Shown: positions 20,159-32,240 of the stretch, piece by piece | How the letters are laid out: each line of letters begins with the position of its first letter | Position numbering within the stretch: the stretch's first letter is position 1 | Assembly: GCA_963720565.1 (NCBI GenBank) | Contig: CAVRFW010000009.1 | Location: forward strand, 441,322-505,321 | Direction: 5' to 3' | Source: Candidatus Bathyarchaeota archaeon | GTDB lineage: Archaea > Thermoproteota > Bathyarchaeia > Bathyarchaeales > Bathycorpusculaceae | DNA: 64,000 nucleotides | The notes under the pieces: generated by a model | The model's input: only the letters and a program-made list of their open reading frames with translations | Told to the model about the DNA's origin: nothing | Databases searched by the model: none | Translations under genes and position numbers: made by a program

Positions 20159-21070
20159 ATGAATGTCGCAAAAATCCTCAAAGTAATACGCCTTCACATT
20201 GTGGCAGGAGGATTTCTCGCCTTCTCACTCGGAGCGCTCTTAGCCATTGCAGGAGGAGCCAGTTTTAGCCTCTTACGATTTGTTTTTGGGTATGTCGCTG
20301 TTTTCCTGGGTGATCTTTCGACGCATTATAGCAATGATTATTTTGATGTCGCAATCGACAAATACACAGGTAAGAGGAAGCTTTTTTCAGGTAGCAAGAT
20401 TCTTGTCGACAATCCAAGTCTTCTTTCGTTGTCGAAACATATTTCGCTTGGTTTGCTGGCGGGATCGACTGTCTTGGCAGCAGCGTTTGTTATTTTTCTT
20501 GGTGCACCACTCGAGTTCTTCATCGTTATGTTTGTTGCGAGTCTTATTGGATGGCTTTATTCGGCACCTCCAGCACGTTTGGTTTCAAGAGGAATTGGCG
20601 AGTTGGCTGTGGCGTTCGTTACAGGGTTTGCAATACCTGGTTTAGGCTACTTGGCAATAAGAGGTCAATTTGACCCTGTGTTTGTCTGCTTTGCAGTTCC
20701 TTTCACAATGTACGGCTTAATACTAAGCCTTAGTCTTCATGCTCCTGACGTAGAGACAGACCGAAAGGTAGGCAAAAGAAATCTTGTCGTCCGTTTGGGT
20801 CAAAGCCGCGTCTTCTTCCTTACTTTAGCCATGGCTTTGTCGGCTACACTCATATTCTGCATTTGCGCTTGGCAGAATGTTCGCTTAGTCATTGATTTTG
20901 ACGTGGTGGTTCTTCTTTCAATCGTCCCCCTAATCGCGGGTCTCCTTGGACTTGTAGGCTTTTCCAAAAAGAAGGAAGTGAATCGATCCAGCGCGTTAAA
21001 TATCGCAGCACTCTTTGTTTTCAATATGCTAATGATCTCTTATCTTCTGGTTATTGTGTTGGTTGTATAA
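20159..21070 (+). CDS. UbiA-family prenyltransferase, MenA-like
   Basis: HYSNDYFD, YSAPP, RGIGE, PDVETDRKVGKRNLVVRLG. Confidence 0.88.
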   Translation: MNVAKILKVIRLHIVAGGFLAFSLGALLAIAGGASFSLLRFVFGYVAVFLGDLSTHYSNDYFDVAIDKYTGKRKLFSGSKILVDNPSLLSLSKHISLGLLAGSTVLAAAFVIFLGAPLEFFIVMFVASLIGWLYSAPPARLVSRGIGELAVAFVTGFAIPGLGYLAIRGQFDPVFVCFAVPFTMYGLILSLSLHAPDVETDRKVGKRNLVVRLGQSRVFFLTLAMALSATLIFCICAWQNVRLVIDFDVVVLLSIVPLIAGLLGLVGFSKKKEVNRSSALNIAALFVFNMLMISYLLVIVLVV

Positions 21071-21134
21071 CAAGTTCGGAAAATGCGGAATTAGCACTAA
21101 AACATTTTTGGACAATTGGTTATTATTCCAGACT

Positions 21135-21316
21135 ATGACAGCATGCGTGCTTTACATCTCGTGAACAGGCAACACCAAACGTTTGGCGGAAGCTATATCG
21201 GGATTGTTGAAAGGGCCAGTTTTGATTTGGCCCACGATATTAGTTCTTTGGATGTCAACGCCTTCGACTTGCTAGTCATAGACACGACTGTTATGGGTCA
21301 AGCATGCCGTTCTTAA
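21135..21316 (+). pseudogene. Decayed flavodoxin fragment
   Basis: MTACVLYIS*TGNTKRLAEAISGLLKGPV, then frameshift to FDL..FDLLVIDT; the SxTGNT FMN-phosphate motif carries an internal TGA. Confidence 0.7.
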
Positions 21317-21365
21317 ATCCGCTCAGCAGTTTAACCGTAGGGTAAAAGCAGCATTAGATTTCAGT

Positions 21366-21911
21366 CTAACCAACTACTTTCAGGTTGTTCTTTAGCGTTC
21401 TTGGTTCTTTCCATTCTTCTCTGATGATGCTAAACATTGCGGTGTCTCTCCAGACTCCTCTGCTGAAGAAAGATTTCCTGATTATCCCCTCCTTCTTGAA
21501 GCCTGCCTTCTCCAAAACCCTATGAGACGGGACATTCTCAGGATGGGTTTCCGCTTGAATGCGTACTATGTTCTTAGAAAGAAACAGGTAGTCTACCATA
21601 ATCTCGACTGCTTCGCTTCCGTAGCCTTTGCCTCTTTCGTCTGGAAGAAGCGCGTATCCTATAACCGTGCCATGTGCTACGAAATGAGCAATGAATCCAA
21701 TTTTGGTTCCATCTTTCTTTTCTATGAAGAACCATTGTCCTTCATTCAACTTGTCAAATTGCCTTTCCAAGTCAGCTTTGGTCTCTTGGACAATCGGTTC
21801 ATATTCTCCCATTATACCAAGGTCATTATCCCATTTCTTCACGATTGACAAGTCTTCTTTTTCCATTATTCGAAGGTTCACTTTTTTCCCTTCAAGCAAA
21901 TTGAATACCAC
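21366..21911 (-). CDS. GNAT N-acetyltransferase, RimJ/RimL family
   Basis: IGYALLPDERGKGYGSEAV..ENVPSHRVLEKAGFKKEG. Confidence 0.9.
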   Translation of the reverse strand: MVFNLLEGKKVNLRIMEKEDLSIVKKWDNDLGIMGEYEPIVQETKADLERQFDKLNEGQWFFIEKKDGTKIGFIAHFVAHGTVIGYALLPDERGKGYGSEAVEIMVDYLFLSKNIVRIQAETHPENVPSHRVLEKAGFKKEGIIRKSFFSRGVWRDTAMFSIIREEWKEPRTLKNNLKVVG

Positions 21912-21995
21912 ACAATGTGGTTCTATTGGATTAGCTATAACTCTTCCGCAAAACTAGGAGAGTTAATGCTCTGTCTAACAGTACGCTGATTTGTG

Positions 21996-23860
21996 TCACG
22001 CGTTGTTTGTTCCTCTGAATTGGCTATTATAGAGGTTGTAATAGAAGCCTTTCGCTTTCAACAATGAGTCATGGGTTCCACGCTCAATTATTTCTCCATC
22101 TCTTATTACGAGCACCTGGTCTGCTTTCCTGATGGTGCTGAGCCTATGCGCGATGACAAAGCTTGTTCTCTTTTCCATGAGCCTGAGCAGAGCTTCCTGG
22201 ATTCTTGCTTCTGTGCGAGTGTCAACGTTGCTGGTTGCTTCATCCAAAATCAGTATCTTTGGGTCTGTAACAACCGCTCTGGCAATAGCGAGAAGTTGCC
22301 TTTGTCCTTGACTGAGATTGCTTCCCCTCTCGCTCAGCATCGTGCCGTATCCGTTGGGCAGCCTAGTTATCCATTGGTCTGCGTTGGCAAGTTTTGCAGC
22401 CTTTATGCAATCTTCATCTGTAGCTGCAGGGTTACCGTATCTAATGTTCTCCATCACGGTATCAGCGAAAAGAAAATTATCCTGAAGCACAGTGCCCAAT
22501 TGTTTACGCAGACTCCAGCGAGTGACCTCTCTAATATCTACTCCGTCAACTCTGATGCTGCCGCCTTGAATATCGTAGAATCGACCCAAGAACATTAACC
22601 ATCGTAGTCTTGCCTGCTCCTGTTGGTCCCACTAACGCGACAATTTGACCTGGTTGAGCATGAAAACTCATGTTCTTCAAAACCGGTACACCAGGCACGT
22701 AACTGAAGTCGACGTTGTCAAAAACAACATCGCCTTGAATCTCACCAATCGGTTTCGCATCAGGTTTGTCAGTTATCTCTGGTTTCGTATCCACAACCTC
22801 AAAGATCCTTTCAGCTCCAGCAAGGGCTGATTGCACGCTATTGTAGAGTTCCGCCAGTTGCCGGAGAGGCTGAACAAAGTTTCTCGAGTAAAAGATGAAG
22901 CTCGTGATAATCCCAACCGTGACTGCACCCTGCAAGGCTAGCCATCCACCTAGTCCAGCGACAACAGCGATGCTGAACGTGCTCATCACATTCACCAAAG
23001 GCATAATCATGAAAGCCCAGCTTGTCGCAGTAGTTGCCTGATCTCTCAAAACCGCGTTTTCAGCGTCAAACGCTGAGAGGACTCTTCCCTGTGTGCCAAA
23101 AGCAGTAACGACCCGTTGACCGCTTATTGTCTCCTCAATCCTAGAGTTTAGCGTACCCATAGCTGCTTTGAACACCTCTGAAGCCGGAGAGCGTCTTGCG
23201 TCCGATTAACACTGTTACCAATCACCATCAAAGGCAAAACTACAAGGCTACCTAGCGCAAGCCATACATTGAGTAAGAACATCGCGACGAGTATGCCAAT
23301 GAGACTCAGGAAGCTGGAGATCAGTTGGACAAAGCTTTGACTCAACGCCTGATTTATAGCCTCAACGTCATTCGTGAGTCGACTCATCAACTCCCCTTGA
23401 GTATTACGGTTAAAATAGCTCAGGCTCAAAGTCTGAAGATGCTCAAACAGGTCTTTTCTAAGACCCTTCAAGACTCGCTGTGAAACGCGAGCCATGAGTA
23501 CACCTTGAACTACCGAAGCGCCCCATGCACCAACGTAGATAGCCACAAGAAGCAGCACTATTCCAAGTAATCCCGAAAGGTCTCCTGCGGTGATGTAGTT
23601 GTCGACGGCAACCCCGATGTAGTATGGTCCAAGCAGGCTTAGCAATGAACTAACGGCCACTAGAACTCCGATTGCTAGCAGTTCTTTTTTGTAAGGCAAG
23701 CATATAGCTTAGAAGCCGTGTTAGAGTCACGCGAGGATTCTTGGCCTTGCCAAACGCTCCCATTGAGGCCCTCCGGACCTCCATGCGGTCCTCCTGGGCC
23801 TCCAGGAAATCCTCCGCTTGGTTTTTTTGGCGATTCACTTTGAGAATGTGATGAGCTCAT
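21996..23860 (-). CDS. ABC exporter (TMD+NBD), second subunit of a heterodimer; multiple frameshifts
   Basis: GELMSRLTNDV, GPTGAGKTT, LSQGQRQ, LDEATS in collinear fragments. Confidence 0.88.
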
Positions 23861-25636
23861 GCTCTTATGCCCCCTCCAAGCTGGGAGTCATATATCTCTT
23901 TGTAAATCGGACTTTTCCTCATCAGCTGGGCGTGATTGCCTATCGCGACAATCTTCCCTTTTTCAAGAACAATGATTTTGTCTGCCTTCAGAACGGTGCT
24001 TATGCGTTGCGCAATGATGAAGACGGTTGATTTGCCCATCGATGCCTCCAAAGCCTCTTGAATCTTTGCCTCTGTCTGCACATCTACACTGCTCGTGCTA
24101 TCATCAAGAATGAGTATCTTTGGCTTAACAAGCAAAGCCCTGGCTATTGCAACCCTCTGTTTTTGGCCCCCTGATAATCCTGCTCCTCTGTACCCCACGT
24201 CGCTCTCATAGCCTTTTGGAAGACTCTCGATGAATTCTAGACGTTTGACTTGCTTTGGCAACCTGCCTCTATTTCCTCGGCTGAAGCGTCGGGTTTTCCG
24301 TAGACAATATTTTCCTTTACAGTGCCAGAGAAAAGAATTGGTTCTTGAAGAGAGACTGCGATGTTTTCTCTGAGGGATTGTATCGTAACATCGCGTACAT
24401 CTATTCCGTCAATAGTAACTCGTCCACTGGTGGCATCATAGAATCTTGGTATCAGGTTCACAAGAGTAGTCTTCCCTGAACCTGTTGCCCCCAGTATTGC
24501 TACGGTTTCACCTGGTTCTGCAACAAAGTTGATTTGGCTGAGAACTGGTTCCTTGCAATCGTCAGTGTAGCTGAAACACACATCTTCGAAAGCTACTCTG
24601 CCTTCAATTTCCTTCAAAGGTATAGCTTCAGGTTTCTCTACAACCTTTGGCTTTGAGTCAAGAACTTCATAGATTCTCTGAGCAGAAGCGTTAGCGGCAG
24701 ACATTTGCGCTTGCCATTATGGCTAGGAAGAGAAGCGGAAAGATGCTTGTTAACAGATAGTTTGTGAAAGCCACTATTTCACCAACGGTGAAGCTTCCCG
24801 CTATGGCTTGTTGACCTCCAAACCAGAGCACGCCTAATATGCTCATGTTGATGATGAGCAGCATACTTGGAAACAGAATTGAGAACAAAGTGGTGACCTT
24901 AACTTGCTGGGAATACAGATCCTCGTTAGCGTCGCCAAATCTCTTGATCTCTCTGTCCATTCTGACAAAGCTCTTGACAACACGTATACCCGCAAGGTTC
25001 TCCTGAAGAACCATGTTCAATTTGTCCAAGCGCCGCTGCACTCCAAGGAAAAGTGGTTGACCTTTTACAACGAAGATGCCTGCGAGGACCAAAGTTAATG
25101 GAAGGAGAAGAAGCATTATTCCCGCCAACTCCAAGTTGATGCTCAACATCATCACTATGCTTCCAACAATCATGATTGGAGCCCTAACAAACATGCGCAG
25201 GAGCATCATGACCATCATCTGCGCTAATGTTAACGTCACTTGAAAGTCGAACCACCAATTCTCCTGTCTGAAACTTGTCTAGGTTGCCGAAGCTGAACTT
25301 CTGAATTTGACGAAAAGCAGATGATCGCACGTCATGCGCAAAGTTTTGTGCAACCTTCACCGCCATAAAAGTGTTCGCAATAGTCATGCCTGCCTCGAAC
25401 ATTGCTAGGGCAATCATTATGCCAACGGTGACGGTTATCACGTTGAGATCGCCTTTGGCTATTCCCTCATCAATTACTCTCTGAATTAGGCGAGGCTGAA
25501 TAAGCTCAGCAAGAACTGAAATCAAAAGAAAGAGCACTGCAACTATCGCTCGCAACCGATAGGGACTAACGAAAGATAGAATCCGAACAAGATGTCTGCC
25601 ATTCGACTTTTTCGCATTATTCTCCGCCATTCTCAT
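23857..25636 (-). CDS. ABC exporter (TMD+NBD), first subunit with degenerate site; multiple frameshifts
   Basis: GATGSGKTT, LSGGQKQR, LDDSTS (E to D), AQR (H to Q), as in heterodimeric TM287/288-type exporters. Confidence 0.88.
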
Positions 25637-26049
25637 TTTTCCTCATTCGACTTTGTTAGAGCGCTGATAGACACAAGAACCATTTTGATAAGCAACCAGT
25701 TGGATTAATACGTTTTTAGTGTCGCCTTTTTCGCTCGCAAGATTGCCTTCATCGGCAACAATAGCCGAAAGTTGTTTTTCGATTGGGCGAACAAGACCAT
25801 ATCACTCAGAATTTCCCTTAGAAGAGAAGACATTTACTCAAGGAATTTACGCGCGTTCTCAAGGTTGGCTCGTCTTCTGCGCCCTTTCCATTGATTCATC
25901 TCTAAACTCAATTTCCTCCTTGCCAATCTCAAAACATTTTGGCAGCCGCCTTTAAGGCCATATTGCGTTTTTGAATACCTTGCTCTTGCATGCGTCCTGC
26001 AAAAACGTTATTATGTATGGGAGTTCAAAGAGTTATTGGCTGTTGTCGT

Positions 26050-27397
26050 ATGAGTGGACCTAATAGGCGTTGGAACCCTCCTGTTCATCCAGGAGCGCAG
26101 GGCGCGAGAGCCCCGATGGGTCGCGGACCAATGATAACGGTTGTCAAGCGGGACGGACGCGTCGAACCATTCAACCGTGTAAAGATGATTGAAAGCATGC
26201 GGAACGCAGGAGCGACTCCGCAGCAGGCGGATCTTGTAACAAATCACGTCACAACTCGTATAGGTCCTCAGAACAAGCATCCCGTCAAATGAAGTATCCA
26301 CTTTGGTTACTCAATCCCTGTCTAATGTTAATCCAACTGCATCGCGCAACTATGAGGAAATGCGCAACCGAAAACTGGCTTACAACGAACGAGCAAACCG
26401 CTTGTCCGCTGAGATTTCAGCCATCAACCAGCAAGTCAACAGTGCAATGTCCAGAGTTGAAAGTCTCGACGGTCAAATCCAGAGCCTGCCGGGACGTATT
26501 ACCCGAATACGACAAGGCAACTATCGGTTACTAACCAACTTGGAGAAGGATCAAGCCTCTCTCTCAGAAGATTGGGCAAGAATCAGCCCAGAACTCCGAA
26601 CGACCACTAATCTCAAAGGCGAAACGGTGCGCACACGAATCCAAACCCTCCAAAAAGCTCTCACGTATAGAATGGCAGGTGCAGATTACAATCATTGGTA
26701 ATCTGCAGGAGATCGAATCTGGAATTCCGGAAGTGCGCTTAAATCTCTCGGAGATGTACAGCGCCATCACTTCTTCGCTGTCCCCTCTCGAGCAAAAGTA
26801 TGAGAGCATAGACCAAGACCTCACACGGGCAGAAAGCACCCTATCTCTCCTTGAAGGAGCCTCATTCCCATGGGAAGAGAGTGAGAGTCCAATCCTCGCT
26901 ATTAAAGCTAAAGACTTGAATAGTAATCTGGAAGGTGTCCTCACCTTAACCAATCTTAATATCGTATTCGAACATGAGAAAGAGGTTGTGCTCAAGAAAA
27001 CGCTATTCATAGTCACTGAAAAAAAGAAAGTGCGAGAAGTAGAAGTTCAGAAACCGATTGGAATGGTCACAAGCTTGATTCATGGAAAAGTCGGTTTTCT
27101 TAAAGGGTCAGGATTGTTCATAAAATTTGCTTCGGAGGCTGGGATTCCTGAGATGAAATTCGACACGACCGGTGAGGACGCAGATTGGGTGACAAAAAGT
27201 TACAGCCAAATTATCTCAGGTCAAATAGACAAAGAACTGGCAGCTTCAGCTCCGAGCAACCGGAGAAAGCTGAGAAGGAAAAATCGCAACTTGTCACTTG
27301 CCCAGTTTGCGGTGCTCCTTACACTGAAAAAGTCTTTCGAGGGCAGACTTCAGTCAACTGCAAGTACTGTGGAGCCTTGGTTTCACTTCAGAAGTAA
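26050..27397 (+). CDS. ATP-cone + coiled-coil + PH-like + C-terminal zinc-ribbon protein; frameshifted
   Basis: ITVVKRDGRVEPFNRVKMIESMRNAG (ATP cone), long heptad region, EGVLTLTNLNIVFE, CPVCGAP..CKYCG. Confidence 0.7.
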
Positions 27398-27542
27398 AGC
27401 TGTGATCATCCGCTTTCTCACGCGTCTGAATCTTCTTAGATCCATGGTGTAGCGATGGAAAAAACTATAGAAGATACGTCTCCACTGTGTTCTGTACGAC
27501 ATGTTTTTTAGGTAAGAAAGCTGCTTTACTGCAGTGACCAAT

Positions 27543-28191
27543 ATGTCATTCCTAGATAAAGCTAAGAAAAAACTTGGAGAGTTAGCCGGTGCAGCAAAAG
27601 ATGCAGTCAACGGGGATAACGAAAAAACCAAAGATGCAGGCGAAAAGGCAGTTGATGCATCCACCGCGAGCACTATTGACCAAGTGAAGGACAAACAGGG
27701 AATAATTTCTAAAATCCAGAATTTCTTCACCTTGGGGTATGGAACCAAAGAAGACCTGAGGGAGCTTGACAAGAAGCTTAGAGACAACTACTACTGCTGA
27801 TTTCAAGGCTATGCGTCACAGGTGGGAAGAGATATCTCTTGAAGCCCTAAAAGCGAAAGTGCGCAACAAAGACGACTACAAGAAGGTCATTCAAGTCATG
27901 GACAGAGTTGCTGAGAAGATTAACAGAGCCGACTACGGTTATGCAGGGCTGATGGACCGCAAAGGACACATCAGAGAAGATGAGCTCTCAAAAATCTTCA
28001 ACTACGACAAAGCCTTGGGGGACCAGGTTGAAGATTTGCAGAAATCTATTGAAGAAATATACGGTATGGTTGAAGCTGAAAACTGGACCGAGACTTCGCC
28101 GAAAGTTCGCACAGTGAAGCTGATGCTATTGGATATTGAAGAGAAATGGGATGGAAGAGAAAAAGAATTTAGACCTTTGGAGGTTTCATAA
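27543..28191 (+). CDS. Hypothetical helical-bundle protein; frameshift near 27795
   Basis: MSFLDKAKKKLG..GYGTKEDLRELDKKLRD..RADYGYAGLMD..FNYDKAL. Confidence 0.7.
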
Positions 28192-28193
28192 AC

Positions 28194-29269
28194 ATGCCGT
28201 TAATAGAAAAAGTTTCGTGGGATAAAGCTGGAACAGAAGACATTGCATACAGATTCCCCAAGACGAATCTGAAGTATGGAAGCCAAGTCATCGTTAAAGA
28301 AAACCAGTGGGGAGTGTTCTTCAGGGACGGAAAAGCTTACGACGTTTTCGGTCCGGGAAGACACACGATCACAAGCAACAACGTTCCCTTGCTGACAGAG
28401 GCACTTGCAGAAGCTTGGAGTAATCGGAGATATTTTCGATTGCGAAGTGATTTTTGTCAGCAACAGCCAGTTCAAAGCCAACTTTGGAGGAAGCGCTTAC
28501 TCTGCTCCGAGCGGCGACATAAAGTATCAAGCTGAAATTGGATTCTACGGATACACCCTATACAAGGTGGAGGAACCAAAGCTCTTCGTCACCGAGTTCT
28601 TCGGGAACAGGGATGTCAGCAATTCAACCGAGATTGCGAATTACATAAGGGGCTTCATCAATGAGCGCGTGATTGACGAGTTCGGAGAGCAAGACATATT
28701 CAATATTGTGAAAAACGTTGATGACACAACTGACGTAGTGTCTTTGAAGATCAGCGACGAGGCCGCCCGAATAGGACTGAAAATCATAGATGCCGTTTTC
28801 GAAGGAGTCAAGATTCCTGAGGAAGCAAGAAGGTTTGCCTCTGGAGTGGGCTCTCAGGCGATGACGATGCAGTACATGAAAGAGACAGCGACGGAACTTA
28901 AGGGTTCGGAAGGCGGAGGTGCAGCAGCAGCCGGCTTAGGCGCAGGAATAGGTTTGACAATGCCTTACATGCTGGCTCAGCAGATGCAACAAGGACAAGC
29001 AGGACAACCACAGCAAGTCATCTTGTGTCAGAACTGCGGAGCCAAGAACCCAACTACAACAAAGTTCTGCGGAAACTGCGGCGCAAGTTTAGCTCCAGCA
29101 GCTAAAGATAGTCTGTCAAAACTGCAAGACAGAGAATCCTGCAACAATGAAGTTCTGCGGAAACTGCGGAAAACCACTTGCAGCTCCATCTGAGATCACT
29201 TGCCCCAAATGCGAAACCAAGAATTCACCGGGAACCAAATTCTGCGGAAACTGCGGAGAAAAACTCTAA
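28194..29269 (+). CDS. SPFH/band-7 (YdjI-like) protein with three C-terminal zinc-ribbon repeats; frameshifts near 28405 and 29105
   Basis: GSQVIVKENQWGVFFRDGK..GPGRHTI, Gly/Ala-rich linker, three CxxC..KFCGNCG units. Confidence 0.85.
29065..29256 (+). repeat. Three copies of TTCTGCGGAAACTGCGG spaced 87-88 bp apart (coding repeat FCGNCG)
   Basis: Copies start at 29065, 29153 and 29240 inside the SPFH gene. Confidence 0.85.
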
Positions 29270-29486
29270 ATTTTCTCCCTTTCTTTTTTTTCGTACTAAA
29301 CAACACGAAATTTTTGTTCTTCGGGCAGGATATGCTGTTCTTCACGAGCTTACTGAAGATCAATCGATCTATCTGTCAATCTTGGATTCGTCAAACTAAG
29401 ATTTGACGTGTTTGCTCAAATCTTATATCTGCGATGAGGCTAAATCATTTGGGAGAGGCGCTATTTCATTGAAGTTTTTTGTTGAT

Positions 29487-30256
29487 ATGAACAAGAGGCT
29501 TGGGAAAGCCACGCTCATACTGCTCTTTCTAAGCATGTTAACTCTACCGGCGGCAATTACCCCCTTTGCGAAGGCACAAAACCCGTCTATAACATTGAAT
29601 CCTTCAGAGGGTTCGCCAGGCACAATAGTCTTGATGGTGATATCCGATTTCAAAACCCCATGTGTGCTAAGCATCACTTTCGGCACAACAAACGTTGGTA
29701 CAATAAACGCGCGTACTTATAGTACTGCCAGCATGGAATTCCAGGTTCCGCAAGTGTCTCCCGGCACGTACACTTTTACCGTCACATGTTCCACAGGAGG
29801 TGTCTCCACAAAAACATTTACCGTCACCCAAGCTGCGCTCTCCTGCACCGACAGAAACACCCACAGAGATACCGACAGAGACGCCCATGGACATATACCC
29901 CACAGACCGTCCAGCGACCACGAACACGGAATTCTGGTCGCCCGTAACAATCGCCATAGTCTCTGCCGCGATAGCTTCAGCTAGTGTTTTGACTGTCGTA
30001 TACATAAAACGGCGCAAACAGGATGTATCATCATCCCAGGATACTTCATACAATCATAAACCGATCAGTTCAGGAAACCTCTTCCTACAATTATAGGTCG
30101 TCAGTTCCACCAATGAGGTCTGGCACATCTGCTAAGACTAATCAGATGCCCATTAACCGTCCACAACAACCTTTCACAAAGATATGCAAACATTGCAAAC
30201 AGACTGTTAGAGATGACTTGAACGTATGTCCGTACTGCTTCAAGAGGCTTAGATAG
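29487..30256 (+). CDS. Single-pass surface protein: signal peptide, Ig/IPT-like domain, Pro/Thr linker, TM, cytoplasmic zinc ribbon; frameshifted
   Basis: SITLNPSEGSPGT..FQVPQVSPGTYTFTV, PTETPTEIPTETP, TM + KRRK, CKHC..CPYC. Confidence 0.72.
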
Positions 30257-30332
30257 GAGTATGTGGATTAGTCTGGCACGCCAAAATTTTCTGAGCGAAT
30301 TGCTTTTTCTTCCTTCTTGAATAACCGGTGTT

Positions 30333-30833
30333 ATGGAGATGAGGCGTGTGGAAACTAGCCGTCGCTCAGTCATTAGGCCGGCAGAATACAACGATTTAGA
30401 TGCTATAATGGATATAGAGAAGAGGTGTTTTCCAGGACCAATCGCCTATTCCAAGCGTCAAATGGCTTACTTGCTTCTCCATGCCAACAGTGCCAGTTTT
30501 GTTGAATGCTGCGAGGGTGCAATACGAGGATTTGTGATAATGACTTTCCGTCAGGGGAGCACAACTGGATACGTCGAAACCCTTGACGTGGACCCAAAAT
30601 ATGCAAAACTGGGAATAGGTCTGAAACTGTTAACCTTCGCTGAGACTGATATGTCTAGGCGGGGAAAACACTGGTCGCAATTGGAAGTTTCGGAAGGAAA
30701 CAAAGTTGCGTTGAGGCTTTACCAAAAGGCTGGATACAAACTCAAAGAAAAGCTGAAAGGATACTACAGGTATGAACACGGGGGAACAAGAGACGCCATG
30801 CGAATGGTCAAAGCCCTTCCGGAGACTCCGTAG
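30333..30833 (+). CDS. RimI-like GNAT acetyltransferase
   Basis: LDVDPKYAKLGIGLKLL..LEVSEGNKVALRLYQKAGY..GYY. Confidence 0.88.
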   Translation: MEMRRVETSRRSVIRPAEYNDLDAIMDIEKRCFPGPIAYSKRQMAYLLLHANSASFVECCEGAIRGFVIMTFRQGSTTGYVETLDVDPKYAKLGIGLKLLTFAETDMSRRGKHWSQLEVSEGNKVALRLYQKAGYKLKEKLKGYYRYEHGGTRDAMRMVKALPETP

Positions 30834-32240
30834 GAACCCATGCGTCTCCCTCCAGCCTGGCAAAGCCCTTTGTGTATTCCATCATGATTCTGAGAAGTGG
30901 AATTCGGAAACGCGACGGTATGAGTTCAATGTCGCTTGTGGGTTTATGCAAGTGTATGCTTTCAACATGAGGGAGTTGCCTTCCTGCTAAACCAGACATT
31001 CTTGAGAGAAAAATAGCGTGTTCTCGTTCATCTTCGTCCAGTCTGAGCTCTCCTTTCGCGATTCGTTCAGGAAGAGCAGAGTGCATCTTCTTTCTGGTAC
31101 TCCATGATCGACGGGTTCAGCTTCATTGGCCAATAGAAAGAGGAGGACTCCTTGGCACTTGCTGCATTGTCCGCAGGGGACTATTTTCCCTTTTTCGAAG
31201 CGACAGCTGTGGCAGGACCGCTGAACTTTAGCCAGTTCAGGGTATCTTTTTGCGAGTATTCTTTCAACGACCAAGCCGGATATTGACCTTACTGCGCTCC
31301 ACTGTCGCATCTCAGGCATTCTCTTCAGGTACCACTGTTCCATTCTCGAGTCAAAATCTTGTGTTTGATCGTAGACGCCGAAGTAATGCTTAATCCCTTT
31401 GAAAAGCGGCGAGGTACGGGGATCATCAAGTTCACTTCCGATTAAGAGATTTCCGATTTTTCGACGCGCGAAAACTGGAAGAAGGAGAAAAACATAGACA
31501 GGGAAAATACAGAGTCTTATCGGGTAAGTGTCTGACCAGACTTTTCTGTGATCAGGTCTTATGATCCTCATATTGTCCAGCATAAAAGAGTAGAAACGAT
31601 CAACATTGGTCCAAACTCTCACTGTGTTATGTTCTTCTCTCGCAAATTTTCGGTAAGCGGTTAATGCTGTTCGCCAATGCCCTCCGCTCTCGTTGACGTA
31701 TAAGGGGTGAACTTCTGCGCCGATTTCCTTTAGCATCGCATATGTTAGTAGGCTTTCTTTTCCCCCGCTTGACAGTATACCGCATGAGTTGTTAGTGAAT
31801 CCCTGCGAGATTGGAGCGTCTTCTGTGAGCGCAAGCGGAACTATCTTTGCCATTGGTCGTGCATTCTCAAGCGTTACTTCATGTTCAAGGGGCAAGAACT
31901 GAGGTAGAACGTACGGGTTTTTTCTTCGAACAAGCTTGTTGATGAAAATGTCTCTTGTGAACAAGTCGAGAAGATCATTAAGGAGTGAAAAATCGGAAGT
32001 GCTAACAGGAAATTTAAGTCTGATTTCGCTTGAGAAAAGTCCGTAATTGAGAACTGGCATAACTGAGGCTAAGCGTATCAGTGGTAGGTGATCCGTGATT
32101 GGAGGTTCTTCATACCTAAACGAAAGAGAAAAATTGCGTTTCTCTGAATCAATACTCGTACATGAAATTTGTGTTGTCGCCCTTTTGCCTTGGAGTATGG
32201 GCTCTGAGATTTCGATAGACTGAAAATTCTGAAGGTTCGT
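30808..32240 (-). CDS. PP-loop (adenine nucleotide alpha-hydrolase) protein, QueC/MurL-like; frameshifts near 31090-31110; frame open from ACG 32240
   Basis: GILSSGGKESLL PP-loop; SCHSC..PCGQCSKC metal motif. Confidence 0.75.

Noticed and set aside
25719..25955. Possible gene remnant (minus-strand ..NLENARKFLE)
   Set aside because: Too short and interrupted to assign
29065..29256. Regularly spaced 17-bp repeats resembling a mini-CRISPR
   Set aside because: They encode the FCGNCG zinc-ribbon repeats of the SPFH protein; spacers are ~70 bp and coding; no cas genes
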